DNA of 64,000 bases from an uncultured Christensenella sp. (lineage in GTDB: Bacteria > Bacillota > Clostridia > Christensenellales > UBA1242), in NCBI GenBank assembly GCA_949294455.1, contig CASFHD010000003.1, positions 8,219 through 72,218 on the forward strand, given 5' to 3'. Shown piece by piece: positions 8,245 through 17,254 of the stretch. The notes under the pieces were generated by a model that worked only from the letters and a program-made list of their open reading frames with translations, searched no databases and was not told where the DNA came from. Position numbers and translations under genes: made by a program. The stretch's first letter is position 1; each line of letters begins with the position of its first letter.

Positions 8245-11200
8245 ATGTATAAAACTGTACGACCTAGTTTAGATTGCGGAAAAGATGAATTAGAAGTTTT
8301 AAAATTTTGGAAAGATTATGATATAAAAACAAAAGTTTTAAATATGAATAAAGGGAATATGGTTTGGTCCTTTTACGAAGGCCCACCAACAGCAAATGGA
8401 AAACCTCATACCGGTCATGTTTTAACAAGAGTTTTAAAAGATGTGTTCACCAGATATCGTGCGATGAAAGGTTTTTTTGTGCCAAGAAAGGGCGGTTGGG
8501 ATACTCATGGATTGCCCGTTGAACTTGCAGTAGAAAAAGAAATAGGTATTACAGGGAAATCTCAAATCGAAGATTTTGGCGTAGATAAATTTGTTGAAGA
8601 ATGCAAAAAAAATGTCTGGAAATATGTAGATATTTGGAAAGAATTTTCAACGCGTGTTGGATATTTTGTTAATATGGACGATGACTGCTATGTAACATAC
8701 TATAACGATTACATAGAAAGTGTTTGGTGGGCAGTTAAAACTATTTATGACAAAGGGTTAATATATAAAGGTTTTAAAGTATTGCCCTCTTGTCCTAGTT
8801 GTGGAACAGCCTTATCTGCACACGAAGTTGCACAAGGTTATGAAGACAGAAAAGATTTGACGGCGGTTGCAAAATTTAAAAAGGTGGGTAGTGACAATAC
8901 TTATTTTTTAGCATGGACGACCACTCCTTGGACACTTCCTTCAAATGTCGCATTATGTGTTAATCCTAATGTTGATTATGCGTTAGTTTCAGCAAATGAT
9001 GAACAATATATTTTGGCAAAAGATTTAATTCCTTCGTTTTTTAAACCAGAAGAATATAGCATTTTAGAAATTAAAAAAGGTAGCGAACTTGTAGGTCAAA
9101 CTTACGAGCCTTTGTTTGATTATATTTCTAAAGCAGATAGAGAAAAAGCTTTTAGAATTGTTTCAGATGGTTATGTAACAACTGAAGAGGGTACTGGTAT
9201 TGTACATATTGCACCAGCTTATGGACAGGACGACGCAAGAGTAGGTAAAATTTATGATTTGCCTTTTGTTCAAATGGCATCAAGCAATGGTAAATTTGTA
9301 GATAAATGTAAAGATTATGCAGGACTTGATGTATTTAAATCTAATGAACAAATTGTAATTGATTTAAAAAAGCAAAACAAGATTTTTAAAACAATGAAAA
9401 TTACACACTCATATCCTCATTGTTGGCGTTGTCATAGTCCGTTAATGTATTATGCTAGGTCTGGTTGGTTTATGAAGACCTCTGAATTAAGGCACGAAAT
9501 GGTTGAAAATAATGCAAAAATTTTGTGGCGTCCAGAACATATAAAAGATGGTCGTATGGGGAATTGGCTTGCAAACAATATAGATTGGTGCTTGTCAAGA
9601 GATAGATATTGGGGTACACCAATACCTATTTGGACTTGCGAGTGTGGGCATATTGAAGTTGTTGGTAGTGTTGAACAGTTAAAAAAGTTAGGTAATTTAA
9701 CTAAAGATATAGAACTTCACAAACCTTATATAGATAAAGTTACTTTCGTTTGTCCAGATTGCGGTAAAGCAATGAAAAGAGTACCAGAAGTTTTAGATGT
9801 TTGGTTTGACAGCGGTTGTATGCCTTTTGCTCAACACCATTACCCTTTCGAAAACAAGGAAAAATTTAAAGAAACTTTTCCTGCAAAATTTATTAGTGAA
9901 GGAATTGACCAGACTCGTGGTTGGTTCTATGTTATGCAGGCAATTTCAACAGCTATATTTGATACAACACCTTATGAAGCGTGTATAGCAAATGGCTTTG
10001 TTGTTGATGGCCTAGGAAGGAAGTTATCAAAGTCTTTGGGAAACTATACTCCGCCTATGGAAATGATTGCTAAAATGGGGGCTGACCCTGTTAGATGGAG
10101 TCTGTACACAGTAAATCAACCTTGGAATAATATAATGTTTACAGACGAAACAGTGTCAGATGCTATTAAAAATTATTTAGGAACATTATATAACTGCTAT
10201 TCGTTTTATGTTTTGTATGCTGAAATTGATAAATTTGACCCAACCAAATACAACTTAAAAGATTGTAAATTAACAGTAATGGACAGATGGATTTTGTCAA
10301 AACTCAATAATTTAATAAAATATGTTGATAAAGAGTTAGAAGTATTTATGTCAACTGATGCAGCAAGAGAAATGCAAAAATTTGTAGATAAACTTTCTAA
10401 TTGGTATATTCGTTGCTCTCGTAAGCGTTTTTGGGGAGAGGGTATGTCACAGGATAAAATTTCAGCATATATGACTCTTTGGACTGTATTGAAAGAATAT
10501 GCAAAACTGTCTGCGCCTTTTACACCATTCTTCAGTGAAACTATTTACCAAAATATTGTAAGAAGTGTAGATATTAATGCAGAAATTTCAGTGCACTTGA
10601 CTAATTTCCCAATAGCAGATGAAAGTTTAATCTGTGAAGAATTAGAGCGTGATATGGATTTAACCTATTCATATACTGAACTCGGTAGAAGTTGTAGAAA
10701 TATGGCAAATATTAAAAATAGGCAACCTCTTGCAAAAATTTATTTGACTGATACAACTGACAAAACAAATTTAAGTGATGAGTATAAAAACATATTAAAA
10801 TTAGAATTGAATGTTAAAGAAGTCGTAGAAAATCAAGATATTTCTAAATTTGTAATGTACACATTAAAACCACAATTAAAAACTTTAGGTCCAAAATATG
10901 GTAAACACATTATGGACATTAAAGAATATTTGTCAAATTGTGATGCTAAAAAAGTAGTTGATACTGTAAATAGCGGAAAAACATATTCTTTCGATATAAA
11001 TGGCACAAAGTTTGATATAACAAAAGATGATTTGCTAATTAGTATGATACAATTAGATGGGTATGTTTCATCAGTAGATGGCAATTTAGGTGTAATTTTG
11101 GACACTACTTTAACTCAAAATTTGGTAGAAGAAGGAATTGTAAGAGAGTTCGTTTCAAAAATACAATCACTTAGAAAATCATTAAATTTCAATGTGATAG

Positions 11201-11367
11201 ATAGGATTAAAATATATATAGAACAAAATAGTATAGGAAATATATTAATGAAATACAAATCTAATATATTATCCGATGTTTTAGCAACATCTATTGAATT
11301 TAAAAATGATTTATATAATGAATTCGATTTTGATGGAAATACATTAAAAGTTGAGATTGTAAAATGA
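8245..11367 (+). CDS. ileS: isoleucyl-tRNA synthetase, type 2 (eukaryote-like, ~1040 aa)
   Basis: YEGPPTANGKPHTGH (HIGH region), GWDTHGLPVE and KLSKSLGN (KMSKS). The length and N-terminal pattern match type-2 IleRS such as the Thermus enzyme. AGGAG RBS before ATG 8245. Confidence 0.95.
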   Translation: MYKTVRPSLDCGKDELEVLKFWKDYDIKTKVLNMNKGNMVWSFYEGPPTANGKPHTGHVLTRVLKDVFTRYRAMKGFFVPRKGGWDTHGLPVELAVEKEIGITGKSQIEDFGVDKFVEECKKNVWKYVDIWKEFSTRVGYFVNMDDDCYVTYYNDYIESVWWAVKTIYDKGLIYKGFKVLPSCPSCGTALSAHEVAQGYEDRKDLTAVAKFKKVGSDNTYFLAWTTTPWTLPSNVALCVNPNVDYALVSANDEQYILAKDLIPSFFKPEEYSILEIKKGSELVGQTYEPLFDYISKADREKAFRIVSDGYVTTEEGTGIVHIAPAYGQDDARVGKIYDLPFVQMASSNGKFVDKCKDYAGLDVFKSNEQIVIDLKKQNKIFKTMKITHSYPHCWRCHSPLMYYARSGWFMKTSELRHEMVENNAKILWRPEHIKDGRMGNWLANNIDWCLSRDRYWGTPIPIWTCECGHIEVVGSVEQLKKLGNLTKDIELHKPYIDKVTFVCPDCGKAMKRVPEVLDVWFDSGCMPFAQHHYPFENKEKFKETFPAKFISEGIDQTRGWFYVMQAISTAIFDTTPYEACIANGFVVDGLGRKLSKSLGNYTPPMEMIAKMGADPVRWSLYTVNQPWNNIMFTDETVSDAIKNYLGTLYNCYSFYVLYAEIDKFDPTKYNLKDCKLTVMDRWILSKLNNLIKYVDKELEVFMSTDAAREMQKFVDKLSNWYIRCSRKRFWGEGMSQDKISAYMTLWTVLKEYAKLSAPFTPFFSETIYQNIVRSVDINAEISVHLTNFPIADESLICEELERDMDLTYSYTELGRSCRNMANIKNRQPLAKIYLTDTTDKTNLSDEYKNILKLELNVKEVVENQDISKFVMYTLKPQLKTLGPKYGKHIMDIKEYLSNCDAKKVVDTVNSGKTYSFDINGTKFDITKDDLLISMIQLDGYVSSVDGNLGVILDTTLTQNLVEEGIVREFVSKIQSLRKSLNFNVIDRIKIYIEQNSIGNILMKYKSNILSDVLATSIEFKNDLYNEFDFDGNTLKVEIVK

Positions 11368-12227
11368 AAATAGCAAATAATTGGAAAGATTATGAAGTTT
11401 TAAATTCATCTAACGGCGAAAAATTAGAGCGTTGGGGTCAATATATTTTCTTGCGACCAGATCCACAAGTAATATGGAAGAATGGCGATTTATCAAAAAC
11501 AAAAAATTTAGATTGCTATTATCATAGAATGGAAGGCAAATCTGGAGTTTGGGAATTCTTTACAGAGATTTCAAAAAGTTTTCAAATTGCATATAAAGAT
11601 TTAAAATTCAAAATTATGCCGATGGCTTTTAAGCATATGTGTTTGTTCCCAGAACAAGCAGTAAATTGGGATATGTTAACTGATATAATTAAAAAATCAC
11701 CTACCAAGTTAAAAGTTTTAAATCTTTTTGCATATACGGGTGGAGCATCTATTGCTTGTGCAAAAGCAGGTGCTAAAGTTACTCATGTAGATGCTGCAAA
11801 GTCAATGGTTGAAATTGCAAAAGAAAACGCAAAATTAAATAATATCACAACTATTAGATATATAGTTGATGATTGCAGAAAATTTGTTGAACGAGAAGTC
11901 AGAAGAAACAATAAATATGATATCATTTTACTAGATCCACCTTCTTTTGGCAGAGGCCCTAATGGTGAGACTTGGAAAATAGAAGATAATATTTTTGATT
12001 TTGTAAGACTATTGTCAAAAGTATTAGTTGATGAGCCAACCTTAGTATTAATAAATAGTTACACAACAGGTCTTCAGCCAACTGTTATGGAAAATATCTT
12101 AAAATTAACTCTTTCAAGGAATTTTAAAAATCCTAAAACAGACTCTTATGAAATAGGCTTGCCTATAAAAAATTCATCAGTATTGTTACCTTGTGGTTGC
12201 TCTGCTGTGATTTATGAAAATAATTAA
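11364..12227 (+). CDS. class I SAM-dependent methyltransferase, RlmI/RlmK-like catalytic domain without PUA
   Basis: LNLFAYTGGASIA SAM motif and ILLDPPSFGRG motif. 4-nt overlap with ileS. Confidence 0.75.
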   Translation: MKIANNWKDYEVLNSSNGEKLERWGQYIFLRPDPQVIWKNGDLSKTKNLDCYYHRMEGKSGVWEFFTEISKSFQIAYKDLKFKIMPMAFKHMCLFPEQAVNWDMLTDIIKKSPTKLKVLNLFAYTGGASIACAKAGAKVTHVDAAKSMVEIAKENAKLNNITTIRYIVDDCRKFVEREVRRNNKYDIILLDPPSFGRGPNGETWKIEDNIFDFVRLLSKVLVDEPTLVLINSYTTGLQPTVMENILKLTLSRNFKNPKTDSYEIGLPIKNSSVLLPCGCSAVIYENN

Positions 12228-12441
12228 GATATTTAAAAATTAAAAACTAAAATATTACACACAGTGTTCTTTAAATAAATCAGTTTTATTGTTGGGTTAT
12301 TTTTATCTAAATATCATTTGTAATATTATGATATTTTTAAAATTAATACAAAACATATTATTAGGTTTAAAAAAAAATTATTTATACACAATCTTGGTGA
12401 ATTTTAATCTTTATTTCAATATTATTTGGGAGTTAGAAGAA

Positions 12442-13548
12442 ATGACAAAATTCTTATATCAATCACAAGATGATCTAAAATTAATTGAGAATTCGTTTTC
12501 ATATCTCATGAAAATGATTTTTGGTACAAATAACAATGTTAAAAGAGCTTCTAATTTAAGAGAACTATTTGCTCAAAAAGTGGAAGATATTAAAATTTAT
12601 CCATGGGGAACAATCACTGAAAATCTTAATTCATCAACTCCAGGTATTTGCAAATATGTTAGTGGAAAAAATTCTGATAAAAGAATTTCTATTGAAATGT
12701 GGGGATATACAAATGCACCAAAAAACAAACATAAATTTATAGAACACGAGGGTGTACATGAATTTTGTCATGCTATTGTAAATTTACTATCGTTAGTAAA
12801 TTCACAAAAAGTTGTTAAAAAAGGAGTAGTTAGAAAAAATTTTGCTGGGCTTATCAGAGAATCTGATGAAAAAACAGGAAATTTGGTTGAAAATCATTAC
12901 TATGGAAAGATGTTCAACGAAACAATGATGGATATTATATCTGCTATGGCAATAAATAATTTTGGTCCCTCAATCACAGATACAACAACTGATAATTTAA
13001 TATATAAGAACTATGTGGCTTCTGGAAATCAAAAAACTGGTTACACATTTTTCACATCTATTACAAGATTGATGATTACAGCATTTTCAAATATTGGTTT
13101 CTCTAATTTTAACTATCAAAAAATAGTTGATAAAGGATATGGTATATTTGATTTAAATGTTGAACTTAGCAATGATGTTATAGTTCGTGCAAATGATTTT
13201 CTGTATGGTATAGTTTTTGATCCTCTGCATATTGAAAAAGAGTTTGACAAATATATGGGTGAAGACGCTTGGCGTACAGTTTGTCATGCAATAGATAGTT
13301 GGTTCATAAATTATATAAAAACAGGTAAATTACCTGCTGAAAATGTAAAATTAATTATGGATTATATACCTGATTTTTGTAATAAAAAAATGGCAGACTA
13401 TGAAAGAAGAGGATTATTAACAGAGTCTGAACGCATAAATATGGCAGGGAAGTTTAATAGAATTTGGAATTCTATGCAAAAAGAATATGGGGCTTATTTT
13501 TCGAAGGCTGATATTGATGAAATATATAAAAGAGCAAGGAAATATTAA
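12442..13548 (+). CDS. hypothetical zincin-like metallopeptidase (HExxH ... NExxxD), cytoplasmic
   Basis: HEGVH at IEHEGVHEFCH, and FNETMMD 54 residues later. GGGAG RBS before ATG 12442. The track's 12289 start adds only AT-rich junk codons. No signal peptide or TM segment. Confidence 0.55.
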   Translation: MTKFLYQSQDDLKLIENSFSYLMKMIFGTNNNVKRASNLRELFAQKVEDIKIYPWGTITENLNSSTPGICKYVSGKNSDKRISIEMWGYTNAPKNKHKFIEHEGVHEFCHAIVNLLSLVNSQKVVKKGVVRKNFAGLIRESDEKTGNLVENHYYGKMFNETMMDIISAMAINNFGPSITDTTTDNLIYKNYVASGNQKTGYTFFTSITRLMITAFSNIGFSNFNYQKIVDKGYGIFDLNVELSNDVIVRANDFLYGIVFDPLHIEKEFDKYMGEDAWRTVCHAIDSWFINYIKTGKLPAENVKLIMDYIPDFCNKKMADYERRGLLTESERINMAGKFNRIWNSMQKEYGAYFSKADIDEIYKRARKY

Positions 13549-13627
13549 ATTTTAAAATATATTGTTTAATTAATCAAATCAATAAAATTTTTTGTAACAA
13601 TGATTTTTGTATTAGTAAAATAATGAT

Positions 13628-13660
13628 AAAAAGAGTGGGATATGTTCTCCACTCTTTTTT
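13628..13660. terminator. bidirectional rho-independent terminator
   Basis: A-run, stem agagtgg/ccactct, then a T-run, between convergent genes. Confidence 0.65.
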
Positions 13661-13690
13661 GTCTTTTCCAAATTTTATTATTTAAAATTT

Positions 13691-14062
13691 TTATATATTC
13701 GACCATAAGCCGTGTAAATTGCAGTATGAATAAACATTTTTAATCTTTTCATCTTTTGTTATAATAAAAGTTGCTGTTGGCTTGTCATTTGGCTTTAAAT
13801 ATTTGATGCTGTAACCTTTATCAGTTTCTAATACAATCCACTGAATATAATGTTCTTCAGTCATTGGGTGTAATGTAGTAGAAACAGTAACATTCACTTC
13901 ATTGTTACTTATTGTATAGGTTGGTTTGTGTTTTTCTTGTGATGCTTCAGTTGTGTTTAATAATAATTCTTCCATAGTTTGACCACAACATACTACTTTG
14001 ACACCTGAACTTTTTATGTAGGCAATTATATTGCCACAACGATTACATCTATAAAATTTCAT
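13691..14062 (-). CDS. dfx: desulfoferrodoxin / class I superoxide reductase
   Basis: N-terminal CxxC...CC desulforedoxin-like site (CNRCGN...VCCG). KH.P, HPM.EEHYI.WI and C..HGLW centre II ligands. Confidence 0.85.
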   Translation of the reverse strand: MKFYRCNRCGNIIAYIKSSGVKVVCCGQTMEELLLNTTEASQEKHKPTYTISNNEVNVTVSTTLHPMTEEHYIQWIVLETDKGYSIKYLKPNDKPTATFIITKDEKIKNVYSYCNLHGLWSNI

Positions 14063-14282
14063 AATACCTCACTTGTGAATATATTTTTATTTTAAAATTT
14101 TTTTACATTATTGTCAAATAATCTTGTTAATATCTAATTTTAAAAGTTTTTATTTGTAATTTGATAAATAAATATTATGTTTAATTTTACTATATTTAAA
14201 GTTAATTTATTAATATGTGATTTTTAATAATCAAAGCTTTAATTTCTAGTTGTAGGAAATTTAATATTATCTTTAAAAATGC

Positions 14283-14310
14283 TTGAAAATCTTTGGAAAT
14301 ATGTTATAAT
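14283..14310 (+). promoter_or_regulatory. candidate sigma-A promoter: TTGAAA, 16 nt, TGtTATAAT
   Basis: Consensus-like hexamers with an extended -10, 26 nt upstream of the ATG. Confidence 0.45.
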
Positions 14311-14335
14311 AATCTGAAGTTTTTATTGGAGAATT

Positions 14336-15055
14336 ATGGAAGAAAAAGTTTTTGAGCCGGTTATTTTATTTGAAGATAATCATTTATTAGTTGTTGTTAA
14401 ACCACACAATATTCCTGTTATGGAAGATTCAAGCAAGGACTTGGATTTTTTGACAATGTTAAAAAATTATATTAAAAATAGGGATGATAAGCCAGGAAAT
14501 GTTTATTTAGGATTAGTTCATAGATTAGACCGTCCGACAGGTGGAGTAATGGTGTTTGCAAAAACATCAAAAGCAGCAAGTAGGCTTTCAACTCAACTTA
14601 AAAATCACGAATTAAAAAAGAATTATTTGGCAGTTGTATTGGGTGAAATGAAGCGTCCCAAAGAGCGTATTACACACTTTTTAGTAAAAGATGAAAAAAC
14701 AAATACTGTTAAAATTGCGACTAGAAGTGAAACGGGTGCAAAAGAAGCAATTCTTTCTTATGAACTAATTGCACAAAAACAAAATATGTCCTTACTAGAT
14801 GTTGAACTCGAAACTGGTAGAAGTCATCAAATTAGAGTTCAATTAGGCTTGGGACTTGGAAATGTTTTGTATGGCGATTATAAATATGGCGACAAATTGC
14901 ATGGTGGCAATCTTGCTTTGTTTTCTTACAAATTAAAATTTGTTCACCCTATATCAAAGAAAATTTTAACTTTTGTAGCATATCCTGATTTTGAAAAACT
15001 TCCTTGGAAGTTGTTTAGTCAAGATATAGTTAAATTTATCGAATCAAACAAGTAA
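14336..15055 (+). CDS. RluA-family pseudouridine synthase (no S4 domain)
   Basis: HRLDRPTGG catalytic Asp motif and GRSHQIR motif. Confidence 0.85.
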   Translation: MEEKVFEPVILFEDNHLLVVVKPHNIPVMEDSSKDLDFLTMLKNYIKNRDDKPGNVYLGLVHRLDRPTGGVMVFAKTSKAASRLSTQLKNHELKKNYLAVVLGEMKRPKERITHFLVKDEKTNTVKIATRSETGAKEAILSYELIAQKQNMSLLDVELETGRSHQIRVQLGLGLGNVLYGDYKYGDKLHGGNLALFSYKLKFVHPISKKILTFVAYPDFEKLPWKLFSQDIVKFIESNK

Positions 15056-15182
15056 AAAAAATCAAAATTTCTCTTTAAAATTCAGTGAAAAAAATTCATT
15101 AAAAAAATAAAAATATTTTAAAATTAGTATTGACTAAATTGAAAAAAAATGGTAGTTTAGTGTAGAAAAAAAGGAAGGTTAT

Positions 15183-16694
15183 ATGCAACAATTAGCGGTA
15201 TTATATTTAGGTGTTAACGAATTGAATTTAAGCATTGTTAATTATACAAAAAATGGCTATTATGTGTTGGATAGAAGTATTACTGAACCATTGAAATTAG
15301 GCATCGAAAATTCTTCAAACGATGATTATATTAAGTCGCAAAGAATTTCTGAAACAATTTTAATCTTAAAGTCATTTAGAAAAATTATAGACAATAGACA
15401 GATTCAAGATATTGAATGTATAGCATCTCCAGAATTTAATAATGTCAGAAATCAAATTGCCTTTTTTGATGAAATATATAAAACAGTTTCGCTATTTTTT
15501 AAAATTCAATCAAATGAAGATATTGCAACTTTAATTCATACTGCTATTATTAATACCTTTGGTATTACAAAAGGTATTGTAATGCAGGTAGGTGATGTAT
15601 CTACTTTAATTTTGAAATATAGTCGAAAAGTTTTGTTGGGATTTAAAATTATACCTGTTGGTGCTTTAACTTTAGCTGAACTTACTTCTAATATAACCAC
15701 TCCTGAAAACAAAATAGAAAAAATGCAAGAAATCTTTTTATCATATTTATCAAATATAGATATTTTAAAAGATATTGAAGAAGATTGTTCATTCATAGGT
15801 GTAGGAGAAATTTTTGAGGCTGTAGGTAAACTTGCTAGGAAATCAACAAGGTATCCATTAGATTTGGCGCATAATTACATTTTAAAAGAAGATACCTTCA
15901 ATTCTTTATTTAATTTAATTAAAACGCTTGACCTTGATAAAACTAAAAAATTGAAAGGTATAACTGAAGGCAGAGCAGATTTATTGGCAGGTGGAGTTTC
16001 AATTATAAATGCTTTAAAAAATGTTACAAAATTTAAAGAAGTTGCAATATCTACTCACGGTATAATTGATGGTACAGTTATTAGATATATGAATGGTCTT
16101 AATATAGAACGCCCTATTTTTGATGTTTTGGGCTGTAGTCTTAGCAATATAAATGAATTTTATGGCGGTGTAGAAGCTATTAACAATATTTATGATTTAT
16201 CAGTAATCTTATATAGACAATTGAGGGTATTGCATAAATTAAATAGAAATTTTGCTAAAGTTTTAAGAATTGCAGCGTCTATGTGTATGAGTGGAAAGCG
16301 TATTTCTTTTGAAAACTATGAAAGAAATAATTTCTTTGTTATCAGCCATAGTGATATATTTGGTGTTAGTCATAGAGAAATATTACTTGCGGCATTCATT
16401 GCAAGCAGTCAAAATGTGAATGAATTCTCTTTGAGTGAATGGGTTAGATACAAGGATATTTTAGATGAGGAAGATATTGACGCAGTTAAAAAACTAGCTT
16501 TAATAATAAAACTAGCTTCAATGTTAAATGTTACAGGTTCAAATTCAGTTAAAGATATATCGTGTGATGTATTGGGAGATACAGTAATTTTAAAAACTAT
16601 AGTAGAAAAAGATGCTTCGTTAGAAATAAGTCAAGCAATGAGTATCGCTAGCGATTTTAAAAAGGTTTACGGAAAAAATTTGCAATTGTTATAA
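15183..16694 (+). CDS. Ppx/GppA phosphatase-family protein with divergent active-site motifs
   Basis: Overall Ppx/GppA architecture, ~500 aa with a C-terminal HD-like helical part. The phosphate-binding motifs are altered (YLGVNE, VGDVSTL). Confidence 0.7.
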   Translation: MQQLAVLYLGVNELNLSIVNYTKNGYYVLDRSITEPLKLGIENSSNDDYIKSQRISETILILKSFRKIIDNRQIQDIECIASPEFNNVRNQIAFFDEIYKTVSLFFKIQSNEDIATLIHTAIINTFGITKGIVMQVGDVSTLILKYSRKVLLGFKIIPVGALTLAELTSNITTPENKIEKMQEIFLSYLSNIDILKDIEEDCSFIGVGEIFEAVGKLARKSTRYPLDLAHNYILKEDTFNSLFNLIKTLDLDKTKKLKGITEGRADLLAGGVSIINALKNVTKFKEVAISTHGIIDGTVIRYMNGLNIERPIFDVLGCSLSNINEFYGGVEAINNIYDLSVILYRQLRVLHKLNRNFAKVLRIAASMCMSGKRISFENYERNNFFVISHSDIFGVSHREILLAAFIASSQNVNEFSLSEWVRYKDILDEEDIDAVKKLALIIKLASMLNVTGSNSVKDISCDVLGDTVILKTIVEKDASLEISQAMSIASDFKKVYGKNLQLL

Positions 16695-16724
16695 AGTTAA
16701 TTGTAAAAATGAGTAATTATATAG

Positions 16725-16757
16725 AAACTTTACGATTTCGTAAGGTTTTTATTTTTT
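16725..16757 (+). terminator. rho-independent terminator
   Basis: Stem aaactttacg/cgtaaggttt followed by a T run. Confidence 0.6.
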
Positions 16758-17254
16758 TATATTTATTGAGTAAATTAAAAATATACAAAAAAATATAAAT
16801 TATAAAATCAAATAAAACAAATCAAATAAAACAAATTAAATAAACCTAATTAAAGTAAGTAAATTGAAGGAAATAAGTCAATAAAATAAGTTGAAAATGG
16901 GAATTGAAAAGGTATGTTGAAAAATATAAACAAAAAAATAATTAAGTCAGATGATAAAAAAAACTAAAAAAGTTATTTAAAAAAAGTTAACAAATGAATT
17001 AAAAAGTAAGTTAAAAAATATAAATAAAAAAATAATCAAAACAACTAACAAAAAAAGTAAATAAAAGATTATTTAAAATTAAGTTAAAAAAATTAAAAAG
17101 TTGATTTTTTATAACAAGATTATTAAACTATTTATTTAAAAATTATTTTGATAGTTAATTATTATATAAAGTTTTTATTTAGATTTTTGATTTATTATAT
17201 ATTATTTTTGACAAATTTTTGTTTTTTTGTAAAAATATATATAAGGGGTAATAT

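Noticed and set aside
12289-12441. Longer N-terminus for the zincin-like protein (track start 12289), which would add a hydrophobic signal- or TM-like segment
   Set aside because: These codons are AT-rich spacer-like sequence with no RBS. ATG 12442 is preceded by GGGAG at proper spacing.
14277-14290. Shared AAAATGCTTGAAA motif at two promoters (14277 and 21118) as a possible regulator site
   Set aside because: The shared bases are essentially an A-rich UP-like stretch plus the -35 hexamer. Two occurrences are insufficient to call a distinct operator.
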